Shown: positions 43,466 through 52,306 of the stretch, in pieces
Position numbering within the stretch: position 1 is the stretch's first letter
How the letters are laid out: the number at the start of each line of letters is the position of its first letter
Source: a bacterium
GTDB lineage: Bacteria; UBA8248
Assembly (NCBI GenBank): GCA_965200245.1
Contig: CBDATS010000005.1
Coordinates: 640,001 to 704,000 of the forward strand
Direction: 5' to 3'
DNA length: 64,000 nt
Notes under the pieces: generated by a model
Seen by the model: the letters and a program-made list of their open reading frames with translations, nothing else
Database searches by the model: none
Told to the model about the DNA's origin: nothing
Position numbers and translations under genes: made by a program

Positions 43466-43605
43466 TTTTACTCTCCTTGATGAGGTGACATAAAACTTCG
43501 GCAACACAAATCGAACAATCACCGCTCGTCGAGACGCATTCCACTGAGAACGAATCGCTTCCCCGCATTCTCAACAAGCGTTCTCTTCTGTATGCTTGGG
43601 CCTGA

Positions 43606-43635
43606 ATCTTACAGACGTGAGCGTTTCACTGTCAA
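43606..43635 (-). promoter_or_regulatory. Putative sigma70 promoter of the TAXI-TRAP operon with a palindrome in the spacer
   Basis: TTGACA-18 bp-TAAGAT; GTGA-N5-TCAC at 43617-43629. Confidence 0.5.
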
Positions 43636-43719
43636 TGAATCCCGGGCGTCGAGCGAGCGTTTGGGTATCGAATTGTGGAACGATCTGAAAAACCGTTTTT
43701 TTCGATAAGGAGCCGCAAC

Positions 43720-44070
43720 ATGCCGTTTTACCGTTGGAACGAGATGAAGCGAAAAAACCTGGCGAGACCGTCCGATTCAGAAGGCAGCATCATTATCGGC
43801 GAGCACGTTACCCTCAACCGCTCGGTGAGTCAGCCGGGCAAGCTGGCCCGCCCGCACACGCACGACTGCGAACAACTCATAAACGTCGTCGAGGGAAAAG
43901 CCTGGTTTCGCGTGGGCGATGAGGAAAAAACCGTCATCGCCGGGGACATCATCCACATCCCCGAGGGAACCGAGCACGAGTTCAAGAACAACGGCGATTC
44001 CGAATTCATTTACCTATCGTTCAAGAACAAATCGGAGGGCTGGCCGCCTCCAACGGCGACGATGGACTAG
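43720..44070 (+). CDS. Cupin-domain protein
   Basis: PHTHDCEQ...GDIIHIPEGTEH; AAGGAG RBS before ATG 43720. Confidence 0.9.
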   Translation: MPFYRWNEMKRKNLARPSDSEGSIIIGEHVTLNRSVSQPGKLARPHTHDCEQLINVVEGKAWFRVGDEEKTVIAGDIIHIPEGTEHEFKNNGDSEFIYLSFKNKSEGWPPPTATMD

Positions 44071-45221
44071 TCTCTCGCCTTGAGGCCCGCTTCGAGCTCT
44101 TCGGCGTCGATGGGGAGCTTTACGGTCTGCTTTCGTTTAGCGGACAAGTCGCACGCCATGCAGAGCATGAGGTTTCGGTGTCCCTCGACTCCCGTGGCGT
44201 GGGGCATATCGACGCCCGTGTAGAGATGCGAGAGCCAAGCGATGGACTCATCGCGCATCGGACCCCAGAACTGGCCTTTCGACATGTCTCCCGCCGGGTA
44301 ACTTTCGAGCAGATGCACGTGGCGTTCCTCCCCCCGGTGGGAGGCCAGCGGGTTTTCGGAGGCCATGATGAAATCGGCATGGGTGTCGTCGATGGTGAGC
44401 GCACCTTCCGTACCCACCACGCTAATGGTGACGCCGTAGGTCGAGGCGGGCCAGATGGTAGGCATTCCCCAATTGCACTCCATACTCCAGATGGTTCCAT
44501 CATCGAAGGTGAAGATACTGAAGGTGGCGTCCTGCGTACCGACGCCCGTCATCACCCGCGACATGGAGCGCGAGACAACCTCGACGGGTTGTTTCTTTGG
44601 TCCCATTACGAACAGCATGACGTCCAGCGCATGGGTGCCGGATATCACCATGGGCGTTAACGTGGAGCGATCTTCATTCTTCGACAATCTCGTAATGCCG
44701 ACCTGGCGGTTCAGCAACGCACGCGTCGTGGCAGAGGTGACCTCGCCCAACACTCCCGACTGCACGTGTTCGCGTGCCGTGAGCCAGCGCCTCCTGAAGC
44801 GCTGGGTGTAGCCCACCAGAAGCTCAACGCCTGCAGTTTCGGCGGCTTCTACGATTTTCGCCGACTCCGTGACGCTCGTGGCGAGTGGTTTTTCCACGAG
44901 AATCCTGTGTCCCTGTTCAACCGCTTCCCAGAGCGGTTTTGCGTGCCACTCCTCGTCCGTGGCGATGATGACGGCGTTGACCTCGGGCCGCTGGATAAGT
45001 TCAGCGAAATCCGTCGTGAAAAAATCGGCCCCGAACTCTTCGGCCATCGCCCTGCCCTTTTTCTCATCGAGGTCACAACAACCCAGCCAGTCCGTGCCCG
45101 GGTATTCCCTGGCGCAGCGCGCGCGAATGCGCCCCACACGCCCGCAGCCAACTACGGCCAAGCCAATCGGGTTCCTCTCTCCTCCTGAAACCGTCATCAT
45201 CTTCTCCCGTGAAACAGTCAA
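44067..45221 (-). CDS. Gfo/Idh/MocA family oxidoreductase
   Basis: VVGCGRVG, LVEKPLA, GYTQRFRRR, GTHALD. The start may be about 20 nt downstream. Confidence 0.92.
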   Translation of the reverse strand: MTVSREKMMTVSGGERNPIGLAVVGCGRVGRIRARCAREYPGTDWLGCCDLDEKKGRAMAEEFGADFFTTDFAELIQRPEVNAVIIATDEEWHAKPLWEAVEQGHRILVEKPLATSVTESAKIVEAAETAGVELLVGYTQRFRRRWLTAREHVQSGVLGEVTSATTRALLNRQVGITRLSKNEDRSTLTPMVISGTHALDVMLFVMGPKKQPVEVVSRSMSRVMTGVGTQDATFSIFTFDDGTIWSMECNWGMPTIWPASTYGVTISVVGTEGALTIDDTHADFIMASENPLASHRGEERHVHLLESYPAGDMSKGQFWGPMRDESIAWLSHLYTGVDMPHATGVEGHRNLMLCMACDLSAKRKQTVKLPIDAEELEAGLKARD

Positions 45222-45336
45222 GACGTAAAAAAGGCCGCCTCACCCTCGCGCTTCTATGCCAGATAAGCGTCGGGGATCTCTGCCACCGCCTGAATCGCCG
45301 TTTTGACCAGAAAATCCTTAAAGAGCGAAGAGCCGC

Positions 45337-46452
45337 TTAACCCAAATCCCCCGGCGAGACAGGGAGCCTTACCGCTTGTCCGGTTTTCGCCGAATGGTCC
45401 ATCGCCAAGCATAGCATCAGGTTCTCGTGTGCTTCGCGCGCGGTGGTGTGCGGTGTGGGGACGCCCAGATATATCCTGTCGAACCACGAACGCGTTTCCT
45501 CGCGCATGGGGCCCCAAAGCTGTTTGAACACAATATCCCCCGGCGGGTAACTAGTGAGAAAACTGACATTTCGCTTTTCTTTCAAGCGCGCGGATTCATG
45601 TGGTTCCGCGGTAGCAAAGACGACATCCCGATGCGTGTCATCTATTGTGAGCACGCCCCCTGTGCCCACAACCCCCAGTTCGAGTGAATAGACTTCCGCC
45701 GGCCAGACGCTCGGCAACGCCCAGCTCACGTTCATACTCCAAATCGTTCCGTCCTCGTAGGTGACGATAGCGAAGGTGGAATCTTTCGTGAGATAGGGAG
45801 CCATCGCCTTGTCCACCGAGCGTGCGTATACCTCGACAGGCCTGCGTCCCTCCAGAAACCAGGAGCACAGATCCACACTATGGGTGCCGGAAATGACCAT
45901 GGGGGTGAATTTGGTCGGAAATTCCGTCTTGGTGGAGTTCGCCACCGGATTCATGCGGTTCAGGAAGGCGCGACCCGTTACAGAAGAGACCTCGCCTAAC
46001 TCACCCGAGCAAATCTTCTCCTTCGCCAACAGAAAACGGCGGCGGAAGCGCTGCGTATAGCCCAAGACGGAGTCTATACCCGCCTCTTCAATGGTGTCGG
46101 CCAACTTCTGGGAAACATCGGCATCTATCGCCAGGGGTTTTTCGACCAGCATCCGGTGGCCCCGCTCCACGCCGATCAGGATGGGATCGAGCCGTTCGTT
46201 TGCATAGGTGGCCAGAACAGTGGCGTTCACCTCATCGCGCTTCAGGAGTTCACGGTAGTCAGTCGTAAAAAAATCAGCCTGAACGTCTTCGGCGAGTTTC
46301 CGACCTACCTTCTCGTCGATGTCGCACAGGCCGATCCATTCGACAGCCGCGTTCTGGCGCGCGAACTCGGCGCGGATACGCCCGATCTTCCCGCACCCGA
46401 CCACCGCGAGTCCAATTGGTCTTCTCGTCTCGCTTGATGTGCTCACGAACAT
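45337..46452 (-). CDS. Gfo/Idh/MocA family oxidoreductase (paralog of the neighbour)
   Basis: VVGCGKIG, LVEKPLA, GYTQRFRRR, GTHSVD. Confidence 0.92.
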   Translation of the reverse strand: MFVSTSSETRRPIGLAVVGCGKIGRIRAEFARQNAAVEWIGLCDIDEKVGRKLAEDVQADFFTTDYRELLKRDEVNATVLATYANERLDPILIGVERGHRMLVEKPLAIDADVSQKLADTIEEAGIDSVLGYTQRFRRRFLLAKEKICSGELGEVSSVTGRAFLNRMNPVANSTKTEFPTKFTPMVISGTHSVDLCSWFLEGRRPVEVYARSVDKAMAPYLTKDSTFAIVTYEDGTIWSMNVSWALPSVWPAEVYSLELGVVGTGGVLTIDDTHRDVVFATAEPHESARLKEKRNVSFLTSYPPGDIVFKQLWGPMREETRSWFDRIYLGVPTPHTTAREAHENLMLCLAMDHSAKTGQAVRLPVSPGDLG

Positions 46453-46614
46453 TCCTTCGATCCAAGAACTCCGCTATTCGATCGGGCGCATCTTCCCATC
46501 CGGGTCCGTTCAAGCGCAAGCAGAGACACCATAGACCCTGTGGTTCCAAAAATTCACGTTTTATCGGAGAATAAACCATTCTCCCGAAACCCAGAACCCG
46601 AAAGGAGTTAAGCC

Positions 46615-47259
46615 GTGTCCCGCGTACCCATGCTCGAATCAGGCGCCGACGACCCGGTCGTGAACCACCTCTTCGACCACGCGAGCGTCTTGCTCAACCG
46701 AATCCCCAACGCTTGGCGTGTGATGGCGAACCAACCCTATATCACGAAGTTCATGCTGCCGCTCACTTCCTCACTCCTGCGCCAGGGGCTGGGTTCGACA
46801 CTGGGCACAAAGACGAAAGAACTCGCCATCATCAACACCAGCCGACTCAACAACTGCGCCTACTGACTGGCGCACAACACGCCGGTTGGTCAATCAGCGG
46901 GCATCACGGAGGCTGAGATAGCTGCCATCGGCGAGGGGGATTACGGCCCCTTCACCGAGCAAGAGCGCGCCGTCCTGCTATGGGCGGAGCATGTCACTTT
47001 GAGTACGGCAAGGGAAAGAGACGACGTATTCCGAGAGGTGAAAAAACACTTCAACGACTCTCAGATCGTCGAACTCACCATGGTCATCACCTATTTCAAC
47101 ATGAGAAACAAGTTCAACGACGCGTTGGGAATTCCCATCGAGACACAAGAAGAAATCGACAAGAACAAGATCCGCCGCAAGAACCCTGACGATCTCAAGG
47201 CCTATCTCGAAGCCTTGCTTGCCGACTGGCCGGATGAATTCCCCGAGGCGGGAAGCTGA
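46615..47259 (+). CDS. AhpD/carboxymuconolactone decarboxylase family protein, probable selenoprotein (CAYU)
   Basis: Track ORFs 46615-46866 and 46999-47259 share a frame and only one TGA (46864-46866) separates them. Read-through gives KELAIINTSRLNNCAY-U-LAHN...ERAVLLWAEHVT...FNDSQIVELTMVITYFNMRNKFNDALGI, 214 aa. Confidence 0.85.
46881..46902 (+). promoter_or_regulatory. Putative bacterial SECIS hairpin
   Basis: GCC-GGTT-[GGTC loop]-AATC-AGCG-GGC; the G-starting apical loop begins 21 nt after the in-frame TGA. Confidence 0.55.
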
Positions 47260-47260
47260 G

Positions 47261-48607
47261 ATGGAGAAAACACTCATCCGTAACGCTGACGTCCTCTCGA
47301 TGGACTCTGACGTCGGGGAGATAGAACACGGCGATATCTTGATCGAGGGCGGGCTGATATCCGCGGTGGGCGAGAACCTCGCCGTTCCGGACGCGGAAAC
47401 AATCGACGCGACGGGTATGATCCTCCTGCCGGGCTTCATCAACGCTCATATGCACACTTGGCAGACTGCGCTTCGAGGCATGGGCGGCGACTGGGGCGGG
47501 CGCAGTTATTTCGAAATCGCACATGAAACCCTGGCCCCGCGCTATCGGCCTGAGGATGTTTATATCGCGACGCTGGTGGGCGCATGGGCGCAGATGGACT
47601 CAGGGACGACGACACTCTTTGACTGGTGCCACAACAATTCCACGCCCGAACACACCGACGCAGGAATCGACGCCCTGGAAGAATCCGGTATCCGCGCACT
47701 CTTCGGGCATGGAACGCCAAAGCCGAAAACCAAGGCGGGCGAGTCGCACTATTCGCAAATTCCCCATCCTGCGAGCGAAATCAAGCGACTGCGGACGGGG
47801 CGCCTATCCGATGACATGGCCCGCGTTACCCTAGCGATGGCGATTCTGGGTGCTGACTACTCCCCCCTTGAGGTCGTGCTCCACGATATGCGCCTGGCGC
47901 GCGAATACGGGCTGTTGTCGAGCGCGCACATCTGGGGCGACGCGGGCAGGAAGGTAAAGGGAGGCTACCTTACACTGGCCCGGGAGGGCGTTCTCGGCCC
48001 CGACCACAACCTCGTGCACTGCAATTACGTGGACGATGAGGAACTCAAGATCATCATAGACTCAGGGGCTTCCATCACGGCGACGCCATCGGCCGAGATG
48101 AAGACGAATCGAGGCGAGGCCGTCTGCGGGCGTGTGAGCGCACTGGGAGGCAGACCGTCTCTCGGCGTGGACCTTGAGACCTATGTGAGCGGGAACATGC
48201 TCCACGCCACGCGCCACGCTCTGCAAGCACAGCGTATATTTGACAACCGCCGTCTGGATGAGAACACCTACCGTGCCCCCGCCCTATCCTTTTCGGCGCG
48301 CGACGTGCTGGCGTGGGCCACCATCAACAACGCGCAAGCGTTGGGGATGGCCGAGAGAATCGGTTCCATCACACCCGGCAAGCAGGCCGATATCGTCCTC
48401 ATCCGTAAAGACGATCTCAATACGATGCCCGCAGGAGACGCCGCCCGTGCCGTCGTCTTCTATGCCGAGCGCTCGAACGTCGATACCGTATTCATCGCGG
48501 GCAAGAAAGTGAAGACGGGCGGAAAACTGCTGATCGATTCGGACGAAATTGCCCGGGCCAGAGAGCGGCTCGCAGAATCTTTACAGTGGATTACGGCAGG
48601 GCATTGA
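47261..48607 (+). CDS. Amidohydrolase (SsnA/MtaD-like metal-dependent deaminase superfamily)
   Basis: LLPGFINAHMH, SAH, LVHCN, SLGVD, GSITPGKQADIV; starts 1 nt after the AhpD-like stop. Confidence 0.92.
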   Translation: MEKTLIRNADVLSMDSDVGEIEHGDILIEGGLISAVGENLAVPDAETIDATGMILLPGFINAHMHTWQTALRGMGGDWGGRSYFEIAHETLAPRYRPEDVYIATLVGAWAQMDSGTTTLFDWCHNNSTPEHTDAGIDALEESGIRALFGHGTPKPKTKAGESHYSQIPHPASEIKRLRTGRLSDDMARVTLAMAILGADYSPLEVVLHDMRLAREYGLLSSAHIWGDAGRKVKGGYLTLAREGVLGPDHNLVHCNYVDDEELKIIIDSGASITATPSAEMKTNRGEAVCGRVSALGGRPSLGVDLETYVSGNMLHATRHALQAQRIFDNRRLDENTYRAPALSFSARDVLAWATINNAQALGMAERIGSITPGKQADIVLIRKDDLNTMPAGDAARAVVFYAERSNVDTVFIAGKKVKTGGKLLIDSDEIARARERLAESLQWITAGH

Positions 48608-48893
48608 AGCGAGGAGGTAAGCACTTACCCTTACTTAACGCCGCTCGCTTGAACTTCCAGCGGATGGTGGGCGCGTCACCCACAGACTTCGCCGCCTGGT
48701 CAAAGTCCTCGCTTTCCATCAGAGAACCACGCATGGCCCCCACCTTGACTTCGCTTTCCTCAAGCAGCCGAAGACGGGTACGCACCACGTGGCTCGCCGA
48801 ATTGCAGCGACCAGGGTTAATCCGCTCGTTTATGAAAATCGTGAGGCGATCCACGAACGAAACCGACGTATCACGTAGCAGGAATTTCGACAT
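48591..48893 (-). pseudogene. Degenerate ParD-like (CC2985-type) RHH antitoxin, orphan
   Basis: RDTSVSF...FINERINPGRCNSASHVVRTRLRLLEESEVKV resembles the ParD pattern GRYxSASEVVRxxLRLLEE with several substitutions. No ParE toxin nearby. Confidence 0.6.
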
Positions 48894-48976
48894 GGCATGA
48901 AGCCAGACAGGAACGGGCGAACAGGGCTATAGATGACGAGAGGTTACACAGAGAGCGATCTCTGCAATTCCCTGCA

Positions 48977-50440
48977 TCAATATCCATCATCCCCGTAATT
49001 TCCTGGCGTGGGCGTTGCGCCAATACCGGCGGTTTCGATAACGTGGGCGCGACCACCGAGGCGCTCGATGAGTGCTGCTTGATCACGCTTGGCGCGCGCA
49101 TCCACCTCTTCCGGGTCAAGAATGGCGCGCAGGACGCCTTCAAACTCGGCGATAATCTCCACACTTTCGGGCTTTCCGGCGAGGTCGTCCTGCTCTTCGG
49201 GGTCGGCGGCGAGATCGTAGAGCTCCGGGGGATAATCCACATAGTGGATGTATTTCTTCTCTCCCCTGCGTATGAGGTAAGCTGCCGTCTCGGCGCCCGA
49301 GGCGTGGTATTCGCTGAAAACGACCCGTTCTGGGTCGTAAGATGCACGCGTGATTTCGTACAGCGATCGGCCCTTGCGGGCCTCATCTTCCTCGTTCAGC
49401 GCAACACCGACAGATTCAAGAATCGTGGGGTAAAAATCGAGAAGCGAAACGGGCGTCTCCACCACCACACCTGCTTCCAGATCCGACCCGGCCATGATGA
49501 GCGGCACGGCGGCCGATTCCTGGTACATCGTGCCCTTACCCCAGGTTCCCCGCGCGCCGAGGTTCTCCCCATGATCGCTCGTGAAGATGACGCGGGTGGA
49601 ACCTGCGAGACCCGCCTTCTCAAGACTTTCCAGCACGCGGCCCACCAGATCGTCCAAAAACGTGCAAAGTCCGAAATATGAGGCGATGGCGACGCGCCTT
49701 CGCTCGTCGTCGAAAAAGCTGTCCGAAGGCACGTATTTTCGAAACGCCTCTATCCAGGGATGCCGGGGACGGCCGTCGAGCGCGTGGGCCTTCGGCATAG
49801 GCACAGCGTCAGTCGGATACATATCAAAATACTTCTTCGGCGCCATCAGTGGAAAATGGGGAGACACGAAGGAGACGAAAGTCATCCAGGGTTTGCGAGC
49901 GTCGCTATATGTTCCTGCCTCTTTCTCGAGCCAGGAGAAGGCATTTTCGGTGATGTCCAAATCGTAGTTCGTGTAGCTCGTTTCGCCCGGGCCGATTTCG
50001 AGCGCAAGCTTGTCCGCTTTCTGGACGATCAACTCATCACGAATCGATCCGAGCAAGCTGCCTACGCCCCCGTCGCGCGCGTGCATGGGCACGATTTGCT
50101 CATCAAAGCCGGTGGGATCCGTGGCGTTCCTGTAATGAAGCTTGCCGATAGAGGTGACGCGGTGTCCCTTATTCTGCAAGCGATGGCCCCAGCCGGTGGG
50201 CTCGCCCGTGTATGGGCTGGCGTTGTCCCAATAGCCAATCTCGTGCACGTAGCGGCCAGTGGCGAAGCTCGCCCGCGCGGCCGTGCAAATCGGAGAATTT
50301 GTATAGGCGCTCGTAAAACGGATACCCGAAGCCGCGAGGCGATCGATGTTCGGGGTCTTCACCACCTCGTGTCCATAGCAGCCGAGCGTTTTGACGCTCA
50401 GTTCATCCGCCATGATGACGAGCAGATTCATCGGCTCCAT
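48977..50440 (-). CDS. Sulfatase (choline-sulfatase-like)
   Basis: IMADE, TPNIDRLA, SPICTAARASFATG (CxAxR), GKLH, PHFP, TSDHGE, ELYDLAADPEE. Confidence 0.93.
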   Translation of the reverse strand: MEPMNLLVIMADELSVKTLGCYGHEVVKTPNIDRLAASGIRFTSAYTNSPICTAARASFATGRYVHEIGYWDNASPYTGEPTGWGHRLQNKGHRVTSIGKLHYRNATDPTGFDEQIVPMHARDGGVGSLLGSIRDELIVQKADKLALEIGPGETSYTNYDLDITENAFSWLEKEAGTYSDARKPWMTFVSFVSPHFPLMAPKKYFDMYPTDAVPMPKAHALDGRPRHPWIEAFRKYVPSDSFFDDERRRVAIASYFGLCTFLDDLVGRVLESLEKAGLAGSTRVIFTSDHGENLGARGTWGKGTMYQESAAVPLIMAGSDLEAGVVVETPVSLLDFYPTILESVGVALNEEDEARKGRSLYEITRASYDPERVVFSEYHASGAETAAYLIRRGEKKYIHYVDYPPELYDLAADPEEQDDLAGKPESVEIIAEFEGVLRAILDPEEVDARAKRDQAALIERLGGRAHVIETAGIGATPTPGNYGDDGY

Positions 50441-50492
50441 CGCAAAGTCTCTTTATTGTCCATGGAATACGATAAGTGTCGTGTCGCCCGCC

Positions 50493-51398
50493 TCAGATGT
50501 TCGGCCATACCGGATCCGTCCGGTTGCCGAGCGGACCCGAGGGGTGTTCGTCCAGATAATCATAGATGTTGCCGAGGCCACCCCTTCGCAGCATGGTGAG
50601 GCGCTCACCCAAGTGATCCATGCTGTTCAAGCTGGATTCATAGACCTCGAACACTTTGTCCTGCACCTCCCCTCGGGTGAGGCCGCCATTCTTGAGCACC
50701 CGTACCTTCTCGATCAACTCATGGAGTTTCTCGCGCTGACGGGGAATTTCGTCTTTCCGGCAGGGTTTGCCGTGACCGGGTATAAACCAATCCACGTCGA
50801 GGGCTTCGAGCACTCCAAGGGACTGGAACCAGCCCCACACATCAGCGGAGTGACACGCCACGTTGAAGGCGGGCGTCAGGTTGTCCGCCGTGAACGCCAC
50901 GCGATCTTCCACTGCGTGCACGACCGTCTGGCCTCGCGTGTGGCCGGGGGCTTCGATGTGGATGAACTTCTTGCCGCCCAGGCGAATCGTCATCCTCCCC
51001 TTGTAGGTGATGTCGGGGGCCCTGAGTTCGAAGCCCTCAAGAAGCGCTTCGCTCTCGGGTTCGTACTTGAGCATGCGTTCCTTGCCCTCTTCCGGCGTGG
51101 CGATAGAGGTGTAGAAATCCGCATAGGTAATCTCACTCGATATGATCCGCTCGGGCTCCAGGAACCAGTTCGCCGCAATGTGATCCTGATGGTGCTCGGT
51201 ATTGACAAGGTAGCGAAGCGGGCCCTTTTCACGGATGAAATCACGCCAGGCGATGGCTTCCGAAGGCCGCATGGGACCGTCGATGGCGATGACGCCGTCA
51301 TCTGTAACCACCATGCCCACGGTGGGATAGCAGTCATAAAAAAAGACGTTTTCGGTCAACTGCTCCAATAGATCATCCTCCTGATCAGCGTCCGGCAA
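50493..51398 (-). CDS. MBL-fold metallo-hydrolase (cyclase-like)
   Basis: NTEHHQDH, PGHT, FTAD, IPGHG. Confidence 0.88.
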   Translation of the reverse strand: MPDADQEDDLLEQLTENVFFYDCYPTVGMVVTDDGVIAIDGPMRPSEAIAWRDFIREKGPLRYLVNTEHHQDHIAANWFLEPERIISSEITYADFYTSIATPEEGKERMLKYEPESEALLEGFELRAPDITYKGRMTIRLGGKKFIHIEAPGHTRGQTVVHAVEDRVAFTADNLTPAFNVACHSADVWGWFQSLGVLEALDVDWFIPGHGKPCRKDEIPRQREKLHELIEKVRVLKNGGLTRGEVQDKVFEVYESSLNSMDHLGERLTMLRRGGLGNIYDYLDEHPSGPLGNRTDPVWPNI

Positions 51399-51409
51399 GA
51401 CGGCCCCGT

Positions 51410-52294
51410 CTAGTCACTCAAACCCGCCTCGCGCTCGAACCATTCACGAATAACGCCCTGGTCGAGATCACCGAGGCCTAAATCCATCGCTCCCTGATAG
51501 GCTTTCTGCACCGCGTCGAGCACCGGGGCGGGTGCACCGTTCGAGCGGGCAAACTCCTGAATGAGGCCCAGATCCTTGTGCATGAGAGAGAGCGCAAACT
51601 TCACAGGTTCATATTCTTTTCTTCCAAGCCCCCAGCCGCGCGTGTTCATTACACGAAATACGGTGCTCGAATAGAGATATTCCATCATCTGCTCGGGGTC
51701 TAGGCCTGACTTCACACCCAGAGTGAAGCCCTCCGCCAAAGAGCACAGTTGGGATGAGACAAGATGGTTCGTGATGAGCTTCATCCGGAGCCCCGAACCG
51801 TTGGGTCCGAAGTAATCGAGCAATTCGCACGCGCAATCGAGCACCGCGCAGTGCTTGTCGAGGATTTCCTTGTCCCCTCCCACCATAAATCCGATTTTCG
51901 CATCACGCGCGATGGTGGCGTTGCCGCTGATGGGGGCGTCCAGAAAATGAAAGCCGCGGCTTGCTGCTTCTTCAGCGACCGCAATGCTCTCTTCGGGCAG
52001 GATAGTGGAGAAGTCGAAACAAACGGCGCCTTCTTTTGCGGTGAGCAACGCGCCTTTCTCGCCCAAGTAGGCGTCGTGCACGTGTTCCCCCCTGGGGACG
52101 GAACTGCACACGTAGTTCGCTCCACGGGCCGCCTCGGCGGGAGAATCGAAAACGTCTATTCCCGCCTCACGTGCGGCTTCCTGCGCCACGGGATTCGGAT
52201 CGTAGCCCACGACATCGAAGCCCGCCTTGCGGATATTGGCGGCAACGGCTCCTCCCATGTTGCCGAGTCCCAAAAATGCGATTCTCTCCACCAA
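51410..52294 (-). CDS. NAD(P)-dependent beta-hydroxyacid dehydrogenase (MmsB/GarR family)
   Basis: FLGLGNMG, FLDAPISG, MVGG, MKLITN, KDL. Confidence 0.92.
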   Translation of the reverse strand: MVERIAFLGLGNMGGAVAANIRKAGFDVVGYDPNPVAQEAAREAGIDVFDSPAEAARGANYVCSSVPRGEHVHDAYLGEKGALLTAKEGAVCFDFSTILPEESIAVAEEAASRGFHFLDAPISGNATIARDAKIGFMVGGDKEILDKHCAVLDCACELLDYFGPNGSGLRMKLITNHLVSSQLCSLAEGFTLGVKSGLDPEQMMEYLYSSTVFRVMNTRGWGLGRKEYEPVKFALSLMHKDLGLIQEFARSNGAPAPVLDAVQKAYQGAMDLGLGDLDQGVIREWFEREAGLSD

Positions 52295-52306
52295 ATCCCC
52301 TCCTCC

